Of a DNA stretch of 64,000 bases, positions 12,360 to 29,885 are shown in pieces. This DNA comes from Eledone cirrhosa (Eukaryota). The translations under genes were made by a program, and so were the position numbers. Where the stretch lies: the NCBI GenBank assembly GCA_964016885.1, contig OZ024742.1, positions 68,944,001 through 69,008,000 of the forward strand, read 5' to 3'. Position 1 is the stretch's first letter. Each line of letters starts with the position of its first letter. The notes below the pieces were generated by a model. The model was not told where the DNA came from and ran no database searches. It saw only the letters and a list, made by a program, of their open reading frames with translations.

Positions 12360-13890
12360 GAGTCGTGTTAAATATGGGTCTGAGGCAGCTGCTTCCGCAT
12401 CTAGGTGTTTCATTGAGCCTATTCTCCTATCGTCACCCGACTTCTTTGTAAATCTGGACAAAAAGCCTTTAAAAGCATTGAGCATTACCATATTCTAGGG
12501 ATTCTAGATGAATGTCAGCTTACTGCTGAAGAAAGGATCACTGCCAGTCACGTCCTGGATGAGGGTTTACCACTAGAGAACAGAGGTTTAGGCTGTAAAG
12601 GAAAAGATAACTCCAATATTATTTGCTAACCATTAAATTTGGTGAATGATTTTCTTAGAAAGTATGTAGAGAAAATTATGTATTATTTTGTGTGAGATTA
12701 TAAGGTATTTTATATTACATGTTTTTCAAGTATGAGAATTTCAATTATATATTATCTACGTCGAAAGATGTGTGAAAAGTTTGAAGATTAAAGAGAGGAA
12801 CAAATGTATTATTAGATAAGTCAAGAGTGCATTTAGAAGAACTATCGTAAAGAGGATATCTTTCAGAATGTCAATTAAAAAGTATCAATCTAAAAAAATA
12901 TATATATATTTATAAATCTAAAAAATAGATTAAGAAGAGTATCATTAGGAAAAGAATATCAATTAGTAAACATACTAAATTGAGCAAACATAGACATAAT
13001 AACTTGTATGATAAATTATATAATTTCGCTAAATTAATAATGTTCTGAAAATATTTTCAATGTTGGATGAAAATATTTGAATCTACAAATTGTTCTCCTC
13101 TTACAATTTGAACTACGTCTTTTTCTTAAATATTTATGTAAAATGTAAAATCAACATCCTTCGTAACTCATATTAGAAATGTAAACAATTAATACGTGTG
13201 TTTTTTTTCTATAAAATCACCAACAATACTTATACCTGCACACTTATTAATCTATATAGATATTTATATACTTACAACCTGTTGCAATATAATAAGATAA
13301 AATGTACTTACAACCATAAATCTTCATATAATCTAATTGATTATATATATAATATTATAACTCATAATATAGCTAAATATATATTTTTTTAAATCTGGAA
13401 CCATATTCCACCATTCCTACAAACTGTTAATTCTTTTTAAATTCACGTAAATATAAGCTCTTCTTTCTTTCTCTTTCTTCTTCCTACACTTACATATATA
13501 TATCCTATATATATATCTACCTAGCGTCTAAAAATAACGATTTTTTTTCAGCCCTATACCTCAACCTCATTTGCATATTCATCTTAATAATTTGAAATAT
13601 TTGACTTTCCTATCTTTCCTGTCTTTCCTTTTACTATCCAGGAAAACTTGAACCGTTAAGATCTCCTTCCTATAATATGTCAATATTTATAAAACAAACT
13701 TTGTATTTTATCTGATGAGGGCGTACCAAAGTTTTGGTACCCTTGAAATATATATAATAGAATAAATATGGTTATATAAATATAATTTCCATTTATTAAT
13801 ATCATTGATATTATACTCCAGAAAACTTGTCGAGTGCTTCGAATCAGTTATAAATATATATATTTGTTGAATTACCAACAAATTAAATAT
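12360..13890 (+). mobile_element. Highly decayed PLE-like remnant ending in a hammerhead
   Basis: Faint GIY-YIG-like residues near 12855-12950, a clear HHR at 13703-13767, and (TA)n at the 3' side. Confidence 0.4.
13703..13767 (+). ncRNA. Minimal type I hammerhead ribozyme
   Basis: CTGATGA (13712-13718), stem II GGGCGTACCAAA/TTTGGTACCCTT, GAAA, palindromic TATATA, TA cleavage site, AT-rich stem I. Confidence 0.8.
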
Positions 13891-13898
13891 CCCTTTTG

Positions 13899-13939
<41 letters not shown>

Positions 13940-14016
13940 GCAAACTAATCGAAAATTATTATTATATTATATAATATATATATATATATAATCGAATATT
14001 ATTATTATTATTATAT

Positions 14017-14078
<62 letters not shown>

Positions 14079-14299
14079 ATATAATTATAATAATATTCGA
14101 TTCGTTTGCAATTATGCAAACAAGCCTCATTTTTAAAGCCATGTCAGTAGAATGAGCCCCTCATTCTTGCTCTTATGTTGGCATGTAAACAGAACTGCAG
14201 ACACTAATGTTTCTGGGTATTACCCTTCATTAGTACAGTTCACTGTTCACCAGTCAACTGTCAGAGCTAGTGAAAAAATATGATATTTTCTAAAATATA

Positions 14300-17020
14300 C
14301 AATGACTGATCGACCTGATGTGCATATTAGTGGACTGGCTGATCAGTCAGATCTGCATATTTTCATTAATGACATCGTTGATGTCATTAATGACACTCCG
14401 ATTGGTTTTCCGGTAATCCTTGGTTACAGCATTATGGTGAAGTTGATGATAAGTACTGCGCTCCACTTTAAATTTAGGTTTAAAACTTATAATAACGCTC
14501 CGAGTAACTCAGCTTTGCTACCCTTCGAAAACGATGTCTTGGAACTCATACAGAGTATCAAATTTCGGACCAGGAGCAATTCCTTCCAATAGGACCTGAA
14601 GAATAGAATTCGTTCTATTAAGGATTCTAATGCCATGCACGTCCACTCTGACAAAACTGGTAATCTATATCAAGTGGAGCGCAGTACTTACCATCAACTG
14701 CTACATAATGCATAATACTACTCCTCCATCACTTTACCACTTCTTCTTAGAGCTATCAATTTCGCTAAAACGCTCACGGTGGTTAAGGATTTCAAAGTTG
14801 ACGTCATCCTCAATGCGACAGGTTTAGAAAAGAACTCACACCCTTCTTTAAAGGCTTCAACCGCTCCATACAGGTTGAGGCCAACCTTTCGGACGTAGAC
14901 TACCTCGACGTTACCCAAGCCGAATGATACGCTTAATTACATCAGTAAGCATTCTAACCATCCTGCCAGCATAACAAAGAACCTGGTAAGAAACGTTTCT
15001 TTGAGGCTTTCCCGTCTATCTACAAACGAGTATATTTTCACCGACCATTCCACATATTACAATGAAGCTCTTGCTCGGAGTGGATTTGTCGATAAGGTAG
15101 CATATACAGAGTATGAGCATAAACCTAGGAAAATAGATCCCGACGCATTACATGGTATAACCCACCATATAATATGGAGGTGGCCACACCATTAACTAAG
15201 ATCTTTCTCTCCCTTATTAAGAAGCATTTCCCCTCAGCACATAAATATAATAACATTTTTAATAGAAATGCCATTAAAATATCTTACTCTACGACTCCTA
15301 ACTTTGCACATAACATCACTGCTTCAAATTTAGCTAAGTTACCTAGCCGTAGGAACACGTGCAACCCTGTAGCTAGTACTAACTGTAATTGTAGGAATCA
15401 GGTTGACTGCTCTTTATCCGGGAAATGCCTCTCCAGTAAGATTGTCTACAAATGTAAGGTCGAAACACCCACGTCTAGTAGGGCCTTCATAGGGTTAACC
15501 GCCAATAGATTCAAGCAGCGTCTTTACATGCACACCCATTCTTTTCTTAACCCTTAAGAAGGAATATGATGACACTTCAGCTTATATCTGGAGTCTAAAA
15601 GACAACCACACCCAATATAGGTTACGCTGGGAGATCCGAGCTTAAGCTAGATGCTATAACGGAAATAAAAGACCATGCAATCTTGGCGCCGCTGAAGCCC
15701 TGTAAATACTCTACGTCAATGATCACATCTTCAACAAAAAATCTGATGCAATTTAGGCTTGTAAACACAAATTGCATAAAACTTTCCTGTATTACAGCCC
15801 CACATTATATCTAACGGATAGTACGAACAATACGCGAATAATTTACGTCTGAATGTGGTAGCTAAGTATATTTTATGTTTATACCATTACTTAATTGTAT
15901 AGGTAAGTATACCTTACCAGTACGTTTTGTGGAGGTATATATACTTTCTCGTACGTATATATGCTTGTATTTGTTATAGGTGTATATTTATTATATATAC
16001 AGGTATATGTGTATATGGTTATGTGTATATGTATATTTTGTGTTTGAGTGTGTATGCGTGTATGCGTGTTTGCATGCATGTATGGTGTGCATTGAGCTTT
16101 GGAATACGTACGTTTGGTGAACATATATGTATTTACCTTTAGGTATGTGTATGTGTGCGTTATATTCGTATTTATGCGTGTATATTTATATACGTTTATA
16201 TAATTATATGTATATACACACACATGTTTTTATCTGTATTTGGTGTATACGTTCATATGTATGTGGATACATGTGTCGCGCGGGTTTATGTACGTGTGCG
16301 CGTGTTTATGCATACGTGCACACGTATTCACATGCATGGCGGGTGTTTTCGCGTATTCAAGTGTATGTACGTATATAGATGTGTGTATGTATATATTTCA
16401 TTATTATTACTTTTATGATTTTAATAACCGCTGTCATTTTCGTTCTACTAATTTATTTACATTATTCTTGGCAGTATCGATAGAAGGTCGGACGCCATGC
16501 TTAGATGCATAGAGTTACGGCCCTTGCCATTCTGAGTTCAAATCCCGCCGAGGTTAACTTTGCCTTTCATCCTTACGAGGTCGATAAAATAAAATACCAG
16601 TAATGCACTGTGTAATTGCTGGCCTTGTGCCAAAAGTAGAAACAATTATTCTTAACTCCGAAGTCAAGAATCATTCGGCTTCCTAAATAGAATATTAGTC
16701 TACTATTATAACATAAACGTGGTTTAGTCTTTGCGCGTATTTGTTCTCATCGCTCCACATAACGACGTATTCTTCGCTTTTTTGTTCATCGTCTTCCTGT
16801 TTTCCTTCGGTTGCAACGTTATTCGAAATATTTACTTCTGCGTTCACAGATTGATTTTATTTTTAGTTTCAGAAGATCTCGTTAAGGGTGAAGGCAGCGA
16901 TTCTTTGCTTAAACTTTAATCTGTTATTTTAATCAATATTTTCTCTAGGGTTCTTAGATATTTGATATATATTTATCATTATCGAGCCCTCTTTAGATTT
17001 TAGTTTTCACATTTATTATA
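14300..17020 (+). mobile_element. Degenerate Penelope-like element family A (RT core largely deleted, SINE inserted)
   Basis: Frameshifted pieces: PFENDVLELIQSIKFR, SDKTGNLY, PKPNDTLNYISKHSNHP (thumb), WYNPPY, KHFP..IFNRN.IKISYS, CNCR..C.L.GKCL..IVYKC..FIGLT..FKQR..H (GIY-YIG). 3' region matches 270-1350. Confidence 0.75.
16468..16650 (+). mobile_element. tRNA-derived Nin/Deu-domain SINE
   Basis: B-box GAGTTCAAATCC, core GCCTTTCATCCTTACGAGGTCGATAAAATAA.TACCAG, tail GGCCTTGTGCCAAAAGTAGAAAC(ATT). Truncated copy at 2258-2362. Confidence 0.8.
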
Positions 17021-17261
17021 TATATATATATATATATATTTATAGTAATAATAATAAATTTGAAGACTAAGATCCAAAGAGGGCTCGATAAGGATAAATA
17101 TATATCAAATATATAAGAACCGTAGAGCAAATATTTCGAAAGGGTGAAAGCAGCGATTCTTTGCTTAAACTTTAATCTGTTATTTTAATATATATATATA
17201 TATATACTCTCGCCATTCCCTGTAAATAATGTGCTCAGAGGAGAAGAAATCCTGAGCTCTT

Positions 17262-17867
17262 TAAAATACAATATGTTGAAAAGGTAACACACTAGAGAGA
17301 GATATACAGTGCGCTATCAATAAAACAGGGAAAAACCACCAGGGTATGGAATCTATAACCTATGAAAGGCAGACTATAGACACTATAATTAAAAATATAA
17401 ATTAAAGCGTATTTTAAGCTTTAATTTATCGTGATATTTCGCTCCTTATAACAATCTTTCCTCTCTCTCTCTGTTTGGTTGAGCACACTTCTCTGAGTGG
17501 TTTTGGGCTGCCCTTTCTAGCAGCTCGTCCCTCAGAGGCCACTGGTTCACTGCCCTTAAATAAGCTGTGACTTCTCTCTCCCACATGTAGCTGGACAGTC
17601 ACTTTTAAAATTCTCTTAGTGTTGTCTGAGGAACCGAGGTTATTCCATTTCTGTCAACAACTTTCTGGCGAAATAGATCTCTTTGGATTTGTACGTGTGT
17701 TATATAGTTATAGAGGTATTTATTCACGCTTTAATTTATATTTTTAATTATCGTGTCTATAGTCTGCCTCTCATAGGTTATAGAGTCCATAGACTGGTGG
17801 TTTTTTCCTGTTTTATTGATAGTCCACTGTATATCTCTCTCTAGTGTGTTACCTTTTCAACATATTG

Positions 17868-17874
<7 letters not shown>
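17262..17874. repeat. Inverted repeat (~150-bp arms) around a ~315-bp spacer
   Basis: 17262-17410 inverts 17726-17874. Spacer contains CTGAGGA (17626)...GAAA-TAGATCT (17670), a possible decayed HHR. Confidence 0.8.
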
Positions 17875-17939
<65 letters not shown>

Positions 17940-18012
17940 TGTATATACATACATATAATATATATATACATACATGCGTCTTTTAATCTTCACATTTAAT
18001 ATATATATATAT

Positions 18013-18665
18013 ATAAATGGAAAAAATGAAACGAAATTTCATTTCTCACTCTTAGTACGGCTGTTACTTAAATATATGTATACGTACATACATATATGTA
18101 TACAGACATACAGTAGTATGTATATATATACATACATGCACACATATATACATGTACGTATGGGTTTACCGAACATTTATTATAATGCTCGGTTTGTTTG
18201 TAAACAAACAGCCCGAATTAAGCCGTACAGTGTTTAGCAACCATCGTTGCCCTTTTGTTCAACACTGACAAAGGAACGATGTACTAGTTTTAAGCTTATT
18301 AGCTATCGTCAGCATCGTATACCTTCCTGCCAGATGATTGAACGTCTGAAAGTATATACTTTCCTTATGCATACTAACGGCTGAGCAGCCTAATTTGCAT
18401 ATCGCTGAGTTAGTCGGCCGGGCGCAGCGAAAACAATAAATGGAAAAAATGAAACGAAATTTCATTTCTCACTCTTAGTACGGCTGTTACTTAAATATAA
18501 GTATGGATACGTACATACATATATGTATACAGACGTACAGTAGCATGTATATATATACATACATGCACAAATATATATATGTACGTATGGGTTTATCGAA
18601 CATTTATTATGATGCTCGGTTTGTTTGTAAACAAACAGCCCGAATTAAGCCGAATTAAGCCGTAA
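18013..18665 (+). repeat. ~425-bp tandemly repeated unit in (TA)n (about 1.5 copies)
   Basis: ATGAAACGAAATTTC recurs at 18026 and 18449. Same family at 25930-26815 (period 429) and inverted/partial at 3780-4180. Confidence 0.8.
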
Positions 18666-18709
18666 ACAAACAAACCTCGGTTATTTTTTATTTTGTAAAA
18701 AAACCTCAC

Positions 18710-18807
<98 letters not shown>

Positions 18808-18999
18808 TTAGGTTTGTTGGTTCACCACTGGATAGATTTGGTCATTCCTTATGATCAATCTTGGTGTAATATTGTGAAGAGTACTCAACGTAGTGCAGTT
18901 CACCCGTCTTCGTTTGTGTAGTTGGTGGTGCGAATACGGAGTTAATTATAAATAAAAATAACAGGAGGCTGGACTGGTGTAAATCCTTGAAAGGTTTAT

Positions 19000-21215
<2,216 letters not shown>

Positions 21216-21351
21216 TATATATATAGGAACGAGTAGGAACGAGTAGGACCCCTTGGGGTCCTACTCGTTCCTATTACCCACTCTACTACCCTAAGTATTG
21301 AGTACTTTGGTGCGTTATGGTCCACCTGGTTCCTTACCACATTTCCTTCGT

Positions 21352-21383
<32 letters not shown>

Positions 21384-21519
21384 ATTATAACTTTCAAGAA
21401 TAGTCAGACAAATTTATCCAATTATTTCTTCTTCGTCTGTAGAAATCAACTAGATAAATAATCATTTAAACGGAGCTAAGTTTATAATGCAACTTTGAAG
21501 AAATAACAGATAAACGTTC

Positions 21520-21780
21520 AGTTTTCGCGTGCAGGGGCAGGCATCTGCTATCTAACTCACTGGGGCGTTTCAGACCCATCCGGCTACCCTCAACCTGGTT
21601 CGGCCCGCCAGCCAAGGCGGTTTACCGGGGTGTAGCCACTGTCGCATGCTACAGCTTCTTGGGGCCACAGGTGAGAGCTGAGTCTCAGGTGGGACCCAAT
21701 GCAGGACGAACTGTCCTGAAAAGGGCATGCATAGCCCTCCCTACAGAGATACATGCCCATCCCTGACACCCCAGGCATAT
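21520..21780 (-). mobile_element. GC-rich 5' UTR-like fragment of an RTE-type LINE
   Basis: Minus strand CAGCTCTCACCTGTGGC...GGCTACACCCCGG...GAGGGTAGCC resembles RTE 5' UTRs as I recall them; not verified. Confidence 0.45.
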
Positions 21781-21899
21781 ACACACGCATATACATACAC
21801 ATACATATGTACATGTGTATATACATATTTACACATTTTTGGGTGACCGTTGACTCTTATGAGTTCTTCCGTCCTTTGTATGTATATATATATATATAT

Positions 21900-24463
<2,564 letters not shown>

Positions 24464-24469
24464 TATTAC

Positions 24470-25400
24470 TTGTTACTTAGGTACCATATGTTCAAGAGAG
24501 ACAATCTGGATTTCAGACTTTATAGACAAGTTGAGATAAGTTCTTGCTTTTCTTTTCGGTTATAGAGTGGCAATGGTGAGGTTCTGTCCAAGATAGACAA
24601 TATGGTGTTGATATATTTGCCTTATCTCAATTTTGCTAGATGTACCTAGAAAATGATTCTTTATTGTTTCTTGTGGCGGTGTTTGAAAGGACCTATATAT
24701 TGGTATGATCTGTTCTTAAATCGAAGTAAGAGAAAACACTGCACTTCTTTCATCGATTATAGTGGATTTATATACAATGCAAACCTTTATACACAGGTAG
24801 GCCAATAGACTTACTTGTAGTGTTTCGACAATTGCATTTATCTTCTATGGTTTGTATTGTCGCTTTACTGCAAGAATATATGTAAATATTTTTTCCTATG
24901 GATGGGCTTGTGAAGTTGTTAACTTTTATATTATTCCTATTGGATACTGGAGTCTTTGTTGAAGCATTTGTTAATTAAAGAAAGGAATTGTTTCGCTACA
25001 CATACCATGGCGATTGAGGCGAGCAGTGGATTAAACAATATTTTATTTGTCTAACTGTTGCACATTTTTCAAAGTTTGTAGTAGATGCACGGTATTATGT
25101 ATTTTTTCTAATTCCTGCCGTCAAACGCCTGGTTATTCTTGTGCTCGATCACAGGCTGTTTAAGCGTTTACTTCTCATTCTGGCATTTGTCTATTACATA
25201 CGGTTGGTGGTTGATATTATATAGGTTTCTTAGAAATCTAGCCTTATATTCGTTAGTGTATCAAGATTGAACGTTTTGAAGATTTGTGTGGTTAGTGTGT
25301 CCACTGTGCGCTCTCTCTGCCTCTTTAGGATTAGATTGCTGTCTCTATAAAGATCCACATCAGTATTCTTGCCTTTATATTCAAGAATAGCAACAATGAC
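24470..25400 (-). mobile_element. Decayed PLE-like fragment
   Basis: Minus strand encodes DKCNCRN (compare CNCR in family A); adjacent to (TA)n; otherwise heavily eroded. Confidence 0.3.
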
Positions 25401-25838
25401 TTCTCATCAATTGATATATATTTTCTTTAGGGCTACACGTTGGGCAAGAAGTTGTTATTTATGACTTAAACGTGCGTACAATGTAAAATAATTTGTCGTT
25501 TTCTTTCCATGAAAATTAATGAAACATTAAAAAACAAAATAAAAATAAAATAGAAAATTCAATGTATTCAAAATGTTTAAACTCAGCGTTTTTCTATTCT
25601 GAATTTTCAAGAAATATTTTATTCAACAATAAATCAACAACCAAAACCAAATAAACTCTGCAGCTCTAATTTCATTATACACATTAAAATATGTCTTATT
25701 TAGCAAACATAGTTTGGAGAAAATTGACACCTTATTAAAAGCATCGCATTGCAAATTCAAGTTATTGAATGTTTTCATTTTAGATTGCACTGGTAACAAA
25801 ATGTTAAATACACTTTTACGAAATTAGTAGTTAGTGAT

Positions 25839-25929
<91 letters not shown>

Positions 25930-25931
<2 letters not shown>

Positions 25932-26809
25932 TATGTATACGTACATACATATATGTATACAGACGTACAGTATTATGTATATATATATACATACATGCAC
26001 ACATATATATATGTACGTATGGATTCACCGAACATTTATTATAATGCTCGGTGTGTTTGTAAACAACCATACCGAATTAATCCGTACAGTGTCTAGAAAC
26101 CATCGTTGCTCATTTGTTCAACCCTGACAAAGGAACGCTGTACTAGTTTCAAGCTTATTAGCTGTCGTCAGCAACGTATACCTTCCTGCCAGATGATTGA
26201 ACGTCTGAAAGTATATACTTTCCTTATGCATATTAACGGCTGAGCAGCCTAATTTGCATATCGAGTGAGTTAATCGGCCGGGGTACCGAAAACGATAAAC
26301 GGAAAAAATGAAACGAAATTTCATTTCTCACTCTTAGTACGGCTGTTACTTAATTATAAGTATGTATACGTACATACATATATGTATACAGACGTACAGT
26401 AGTATGTATATATATATACATACATGCACACATATATATATGTACGTATGGGTTCACCGAACATTTATTATAATGCTGGGTGTGTTTGTAAACAAACATC
26501 CCGAATTAAGCCGTACAGTGTCTAGCAACCATCGTTGCTCATTTGATCAACCCTGACAAAGGAACGCTGTACTAGTTTCAAGCTTATTAGCTATAGTCAG
26601 CAACGTATACCTTCCTGCCAGATGATTGAACGTCTGAAAGTATATACTTTCCTTATGCATAATAACGGCTGATCAGCCTAATTTGCATATCGAGTGAGTT
26701 AATCGGCCGGGGTACCGAAAACGATAAACGGAAAAAATGAAACGAAATTTCATTTCTCACTCTAGAGTGAGTACTAAGAGTGAGAAATGAAATTTCGCTT
26801 CATTTTTCC

Positions 26810-26815
<6 letters not shown>
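25930..26815 (+). repeat. Same ~425-bp family, two tandem units plus terminal fold-back
   Basis: Period 429 (26308 vs 26737); 26775-26813 inverts 26727-26765. Confidence 0.8.
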
Positions 26816-26886
<71 letters not shown>

Positions 26887-26964
26887 TATACATACATATA
26901 TATATACATAAATATATATACATATATATATATATACATATATATATATACATATATATATACA

Positions 26965-27035
<71 letters not shown>

Positions 27036-27609
27036 TATAAAGTAAAGCATGTCCATAGAATCATTTGATAATGTATATACATCATTTCTTCTCCCAATTA
27101 GCATAATTAACCACACAAAATATCAATTTGACCAGGCTATAAGATTAAAAGGCACCTATGAAGAAACAGTAAATAAATAAACGATAGCAGCGTCTTCGCG
27201 GCCAGCAGCTATAGAATATTTACCCAACATTTCAACAGCACGTGGAAATTAATTAAATATACGGTCAACCATACACAATTAGGTATAAAATTAAAGTTAG
27301 AAATGTTTATATACATACCAGGATTAAATCCCTAAATCCCGACCCATGGGTTTCGTTCTCAAAACACATATATGTCTGTGACTTTGTTTAATTGGTGTAT
27401 ATGTAAATATTTATATTTAATAATCTCCCATAAGGTTGAGATGCAATTTGGGCGATATTGGGCTGCGCTTTCTAGTAACCAACCCACTCGCCGTAAGCAA
27501 CCAATCATACTCTTTCTGACTTGACCACTGCCATGTCACGGTTCTTAGCCATTTTGAATTCGTGTTTGGCAGCGGCCATTTCAGAAAATAATCTGTCCTA
27601 GCGAGTTTG

Positions 27610-27686
27610 TCCCCTGAAGAGTTCGAAACTCGAGATTTATCCATAATAGGATATCGCAAAATGAGAACGAAACCCATGGGTCGGGA
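27610..27686 (+). ncRNA. Type I hammerhead ribozyme, canonical core, 40-nt loop 2
   Basis: TCCC-CTGAAGA-GTTC...GAAC-GAAA-CCCATGGG-TC-GGGA. All three stems pair perfectly; GTC cleavage triplet. Confidence 0.85.
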
Positions 27687-28095
27687 TTTAGAGATTTAAT
27701 CCTGGTATGTATATAAGCATTTCTAACTTTAATTTTATACCTAATTGTGTATGGTTGACCGTATATTTAATTAATTTCCACGTGCTGTTGAAATGTTGGG
27801 TAATTATTCTAGAGCGGTTGGCCGCGAAGACGCTGCTATCGTTTATTTATTTACTGTTTCTTCATAGGTGCCTTTTAATCTTATAGCCTGGTCTAATTGA
27901 TTTTTTGTGTGGTTAATTATGCTAATTGGGAAGAGAAATGATGTATATATATTATCAAATGATTCTATGGACATGCTTTACTTTATAGTATTTTGCTCTG
28001 ATTATTTAATTTATTAATTCTTCATTGAGCCACATCGTGAATGGTTGTCAAAACACATATATATCTGTGACTTTGTTTAATTGGTGTATATGTAA

Positions 28096-28167
<72 letters not shown>

Positions 28168-28173
<6 letters not shown>

Positions 28174-28929
28174 AATTAGTATATCTAGTAACATATATAT
28201 ACACAGATGCATACTTATGCTAGCAAATATATAGGTTTTGTCTTAGTAACTTTGTGGTTCAATGCATGGGGTTGCAGAACAATAATATGAGACGTAAAAT
28301 AAGAAAATTATAAAATTAACTTACTTACTAAAATTTCACTCCCAACTAATTAGTTTCTGAAGGGGAATAAACATACTTTCCGAAGAAGCGTACGGAGAAG
28401 CCTTTCGTCATCAGGGAAGTCCATTCTCAGCTAAGTTTCCCGGCAATACGTGGACACAGGGAACTTATACAAAAATAATTCAGTGGATGGAAAAAAGCAA
28501 AGCGTGGACTAAATTCCAAGCCATTGAGAAAATCACTGCCTACTGTGTCGGTGGCAAATTCAAAAGAATCAATCACGTGACATCGAGGTCAATCAGTGGA
28601 GAGTGGTTTGTTAAGAAGACAGCAGCCGGACTGTTACTATAGCAGCAGTTTTGGCCAATTTTTGCTCGACAAATAATTTGGAGATAATTATAAAGAATTA
28701 GTATATCTAGTAACATATATATACACAGATGCATACTTATGCTAGTAAATATATAGGTTTTGTCTTAGTAACTTTGTGGTTCAATGCATGGGGTTGCAGA
28801 ACAATAATATGAGAGACGTAAAATAAGAAAATTATAAAATTAACTTACTTACTAAAATTTCACTCCCACTAATTAGTTGGGAGTGAAATTTTAGTAAGTA
28901 AGTTAATTTTATAATTTTCTTATTTTACG

Positions 28930-28937
<8 letters not shown>
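28168..28937 (+). repeat. ~520-bp partial tandem repeat with terminal fold-back, between (TA)n tracts
   Basis: 28168-28355 repeats at 28690-28877; 28871-28937 is the reverse complement of the preceding ~65 bp. Confidence 0.75.
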
Positions 28938-29019
<82 letters not shown>

Positions 29020-29195
29020 TTAAAGAGTAACCAATCTTAAAGAGAGAGATGGAAATAGGAGAGGAGATAGGAGAGGAGAGATTGATGAATTAGTTAGAAG
29101 CCAAAGCGTAAAGGCATGTGCTCAATGTGCAATATGCAGTAGAAAGCAGCTATGTGGCTGGGTTCATGCAGAAGTTAGGCGTGCAGAGCTGGAAA

Positions 29196-29758
29196 TATTC
29201 ATTAGTTAAGCAAAACAAGACCACAAATTTCACAAGGAAGACATTATTAAAAGATTGTCAACATATTTTAGTTTGATGTAAGGAATGTAGAGAATAATAA
29301 TAATAATATTAATAATAATAATGTCCGTTTACAATTGTTTCGCTACTCCATATAATATTTCTGGATCAAATGACTATATATCATTATTGATCTGGTTCAG
29401 TTGAAAATAAGTAACATATTTAAAATCAGAGCGGCTCAACGGAACTTCAAAGGAATATAAATTAAGATAAGGAGAGAATGTTACATAATGTAATGATCCA
29501 TATATTGTTCCATATATTGGTATTTCAGTACTGTTTGATTATGGCTGACAATTGATACACACAGGACACCATAGTGAAATAGTCATTTGATCCTTAAATA
29601 TTATATGGAGTAGCGAAACAATTGTAAACGGACATTATTATTATTAATATTATTATTATTATTCTCTACATTCCTTACATCAAACTAAAATATGTTGACC
29701 ATCTTTTAATAATGTCTTCATTGTGAAATTTGTGGTCTTGTTTTGCTTAACTAATGAA

Positions 29759-29760
<2 letters not shown>
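29196..29760. repeat. Inverted repeat (~180-bp arms, ~200-bp spacer) abutting (TA)n
   Basis: TATTCATTAGTTAAGCAAAAC.../...GTTTTGCTTAACTAATGAATA. Confidence 0.85.
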
Positions 29761-29792
<32 letters not shown>

Positions 29793-29793
29793 C

Positions 29794-29875
<82 letters not shown>

Positions 29876-29885
29876 CGTTACCCTC

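Noticed and set aside
15380-15432. Possible selenocysteine-encoding (Naiad-type) PLE
   Set aside because: The conserved Cys positions use TGT/TGC, with no in-frame TGA there; clade not assigned.
16520-16550. tRNA gene (B-box GAGTTCAAATCC)
   Set aside because: It is the tRNA-derived head of a multi-copy SINE; no cloverleaf.
28355-28420. HHR-like CTGAAGG-GGAA..TTCC-GAAG (+) and CTGATGA-C-GAAA (-)
   Set aside because: The plus-strand core is doubly mutated and the minus-strand motif lacks stem II; cannot be supported from one copy.
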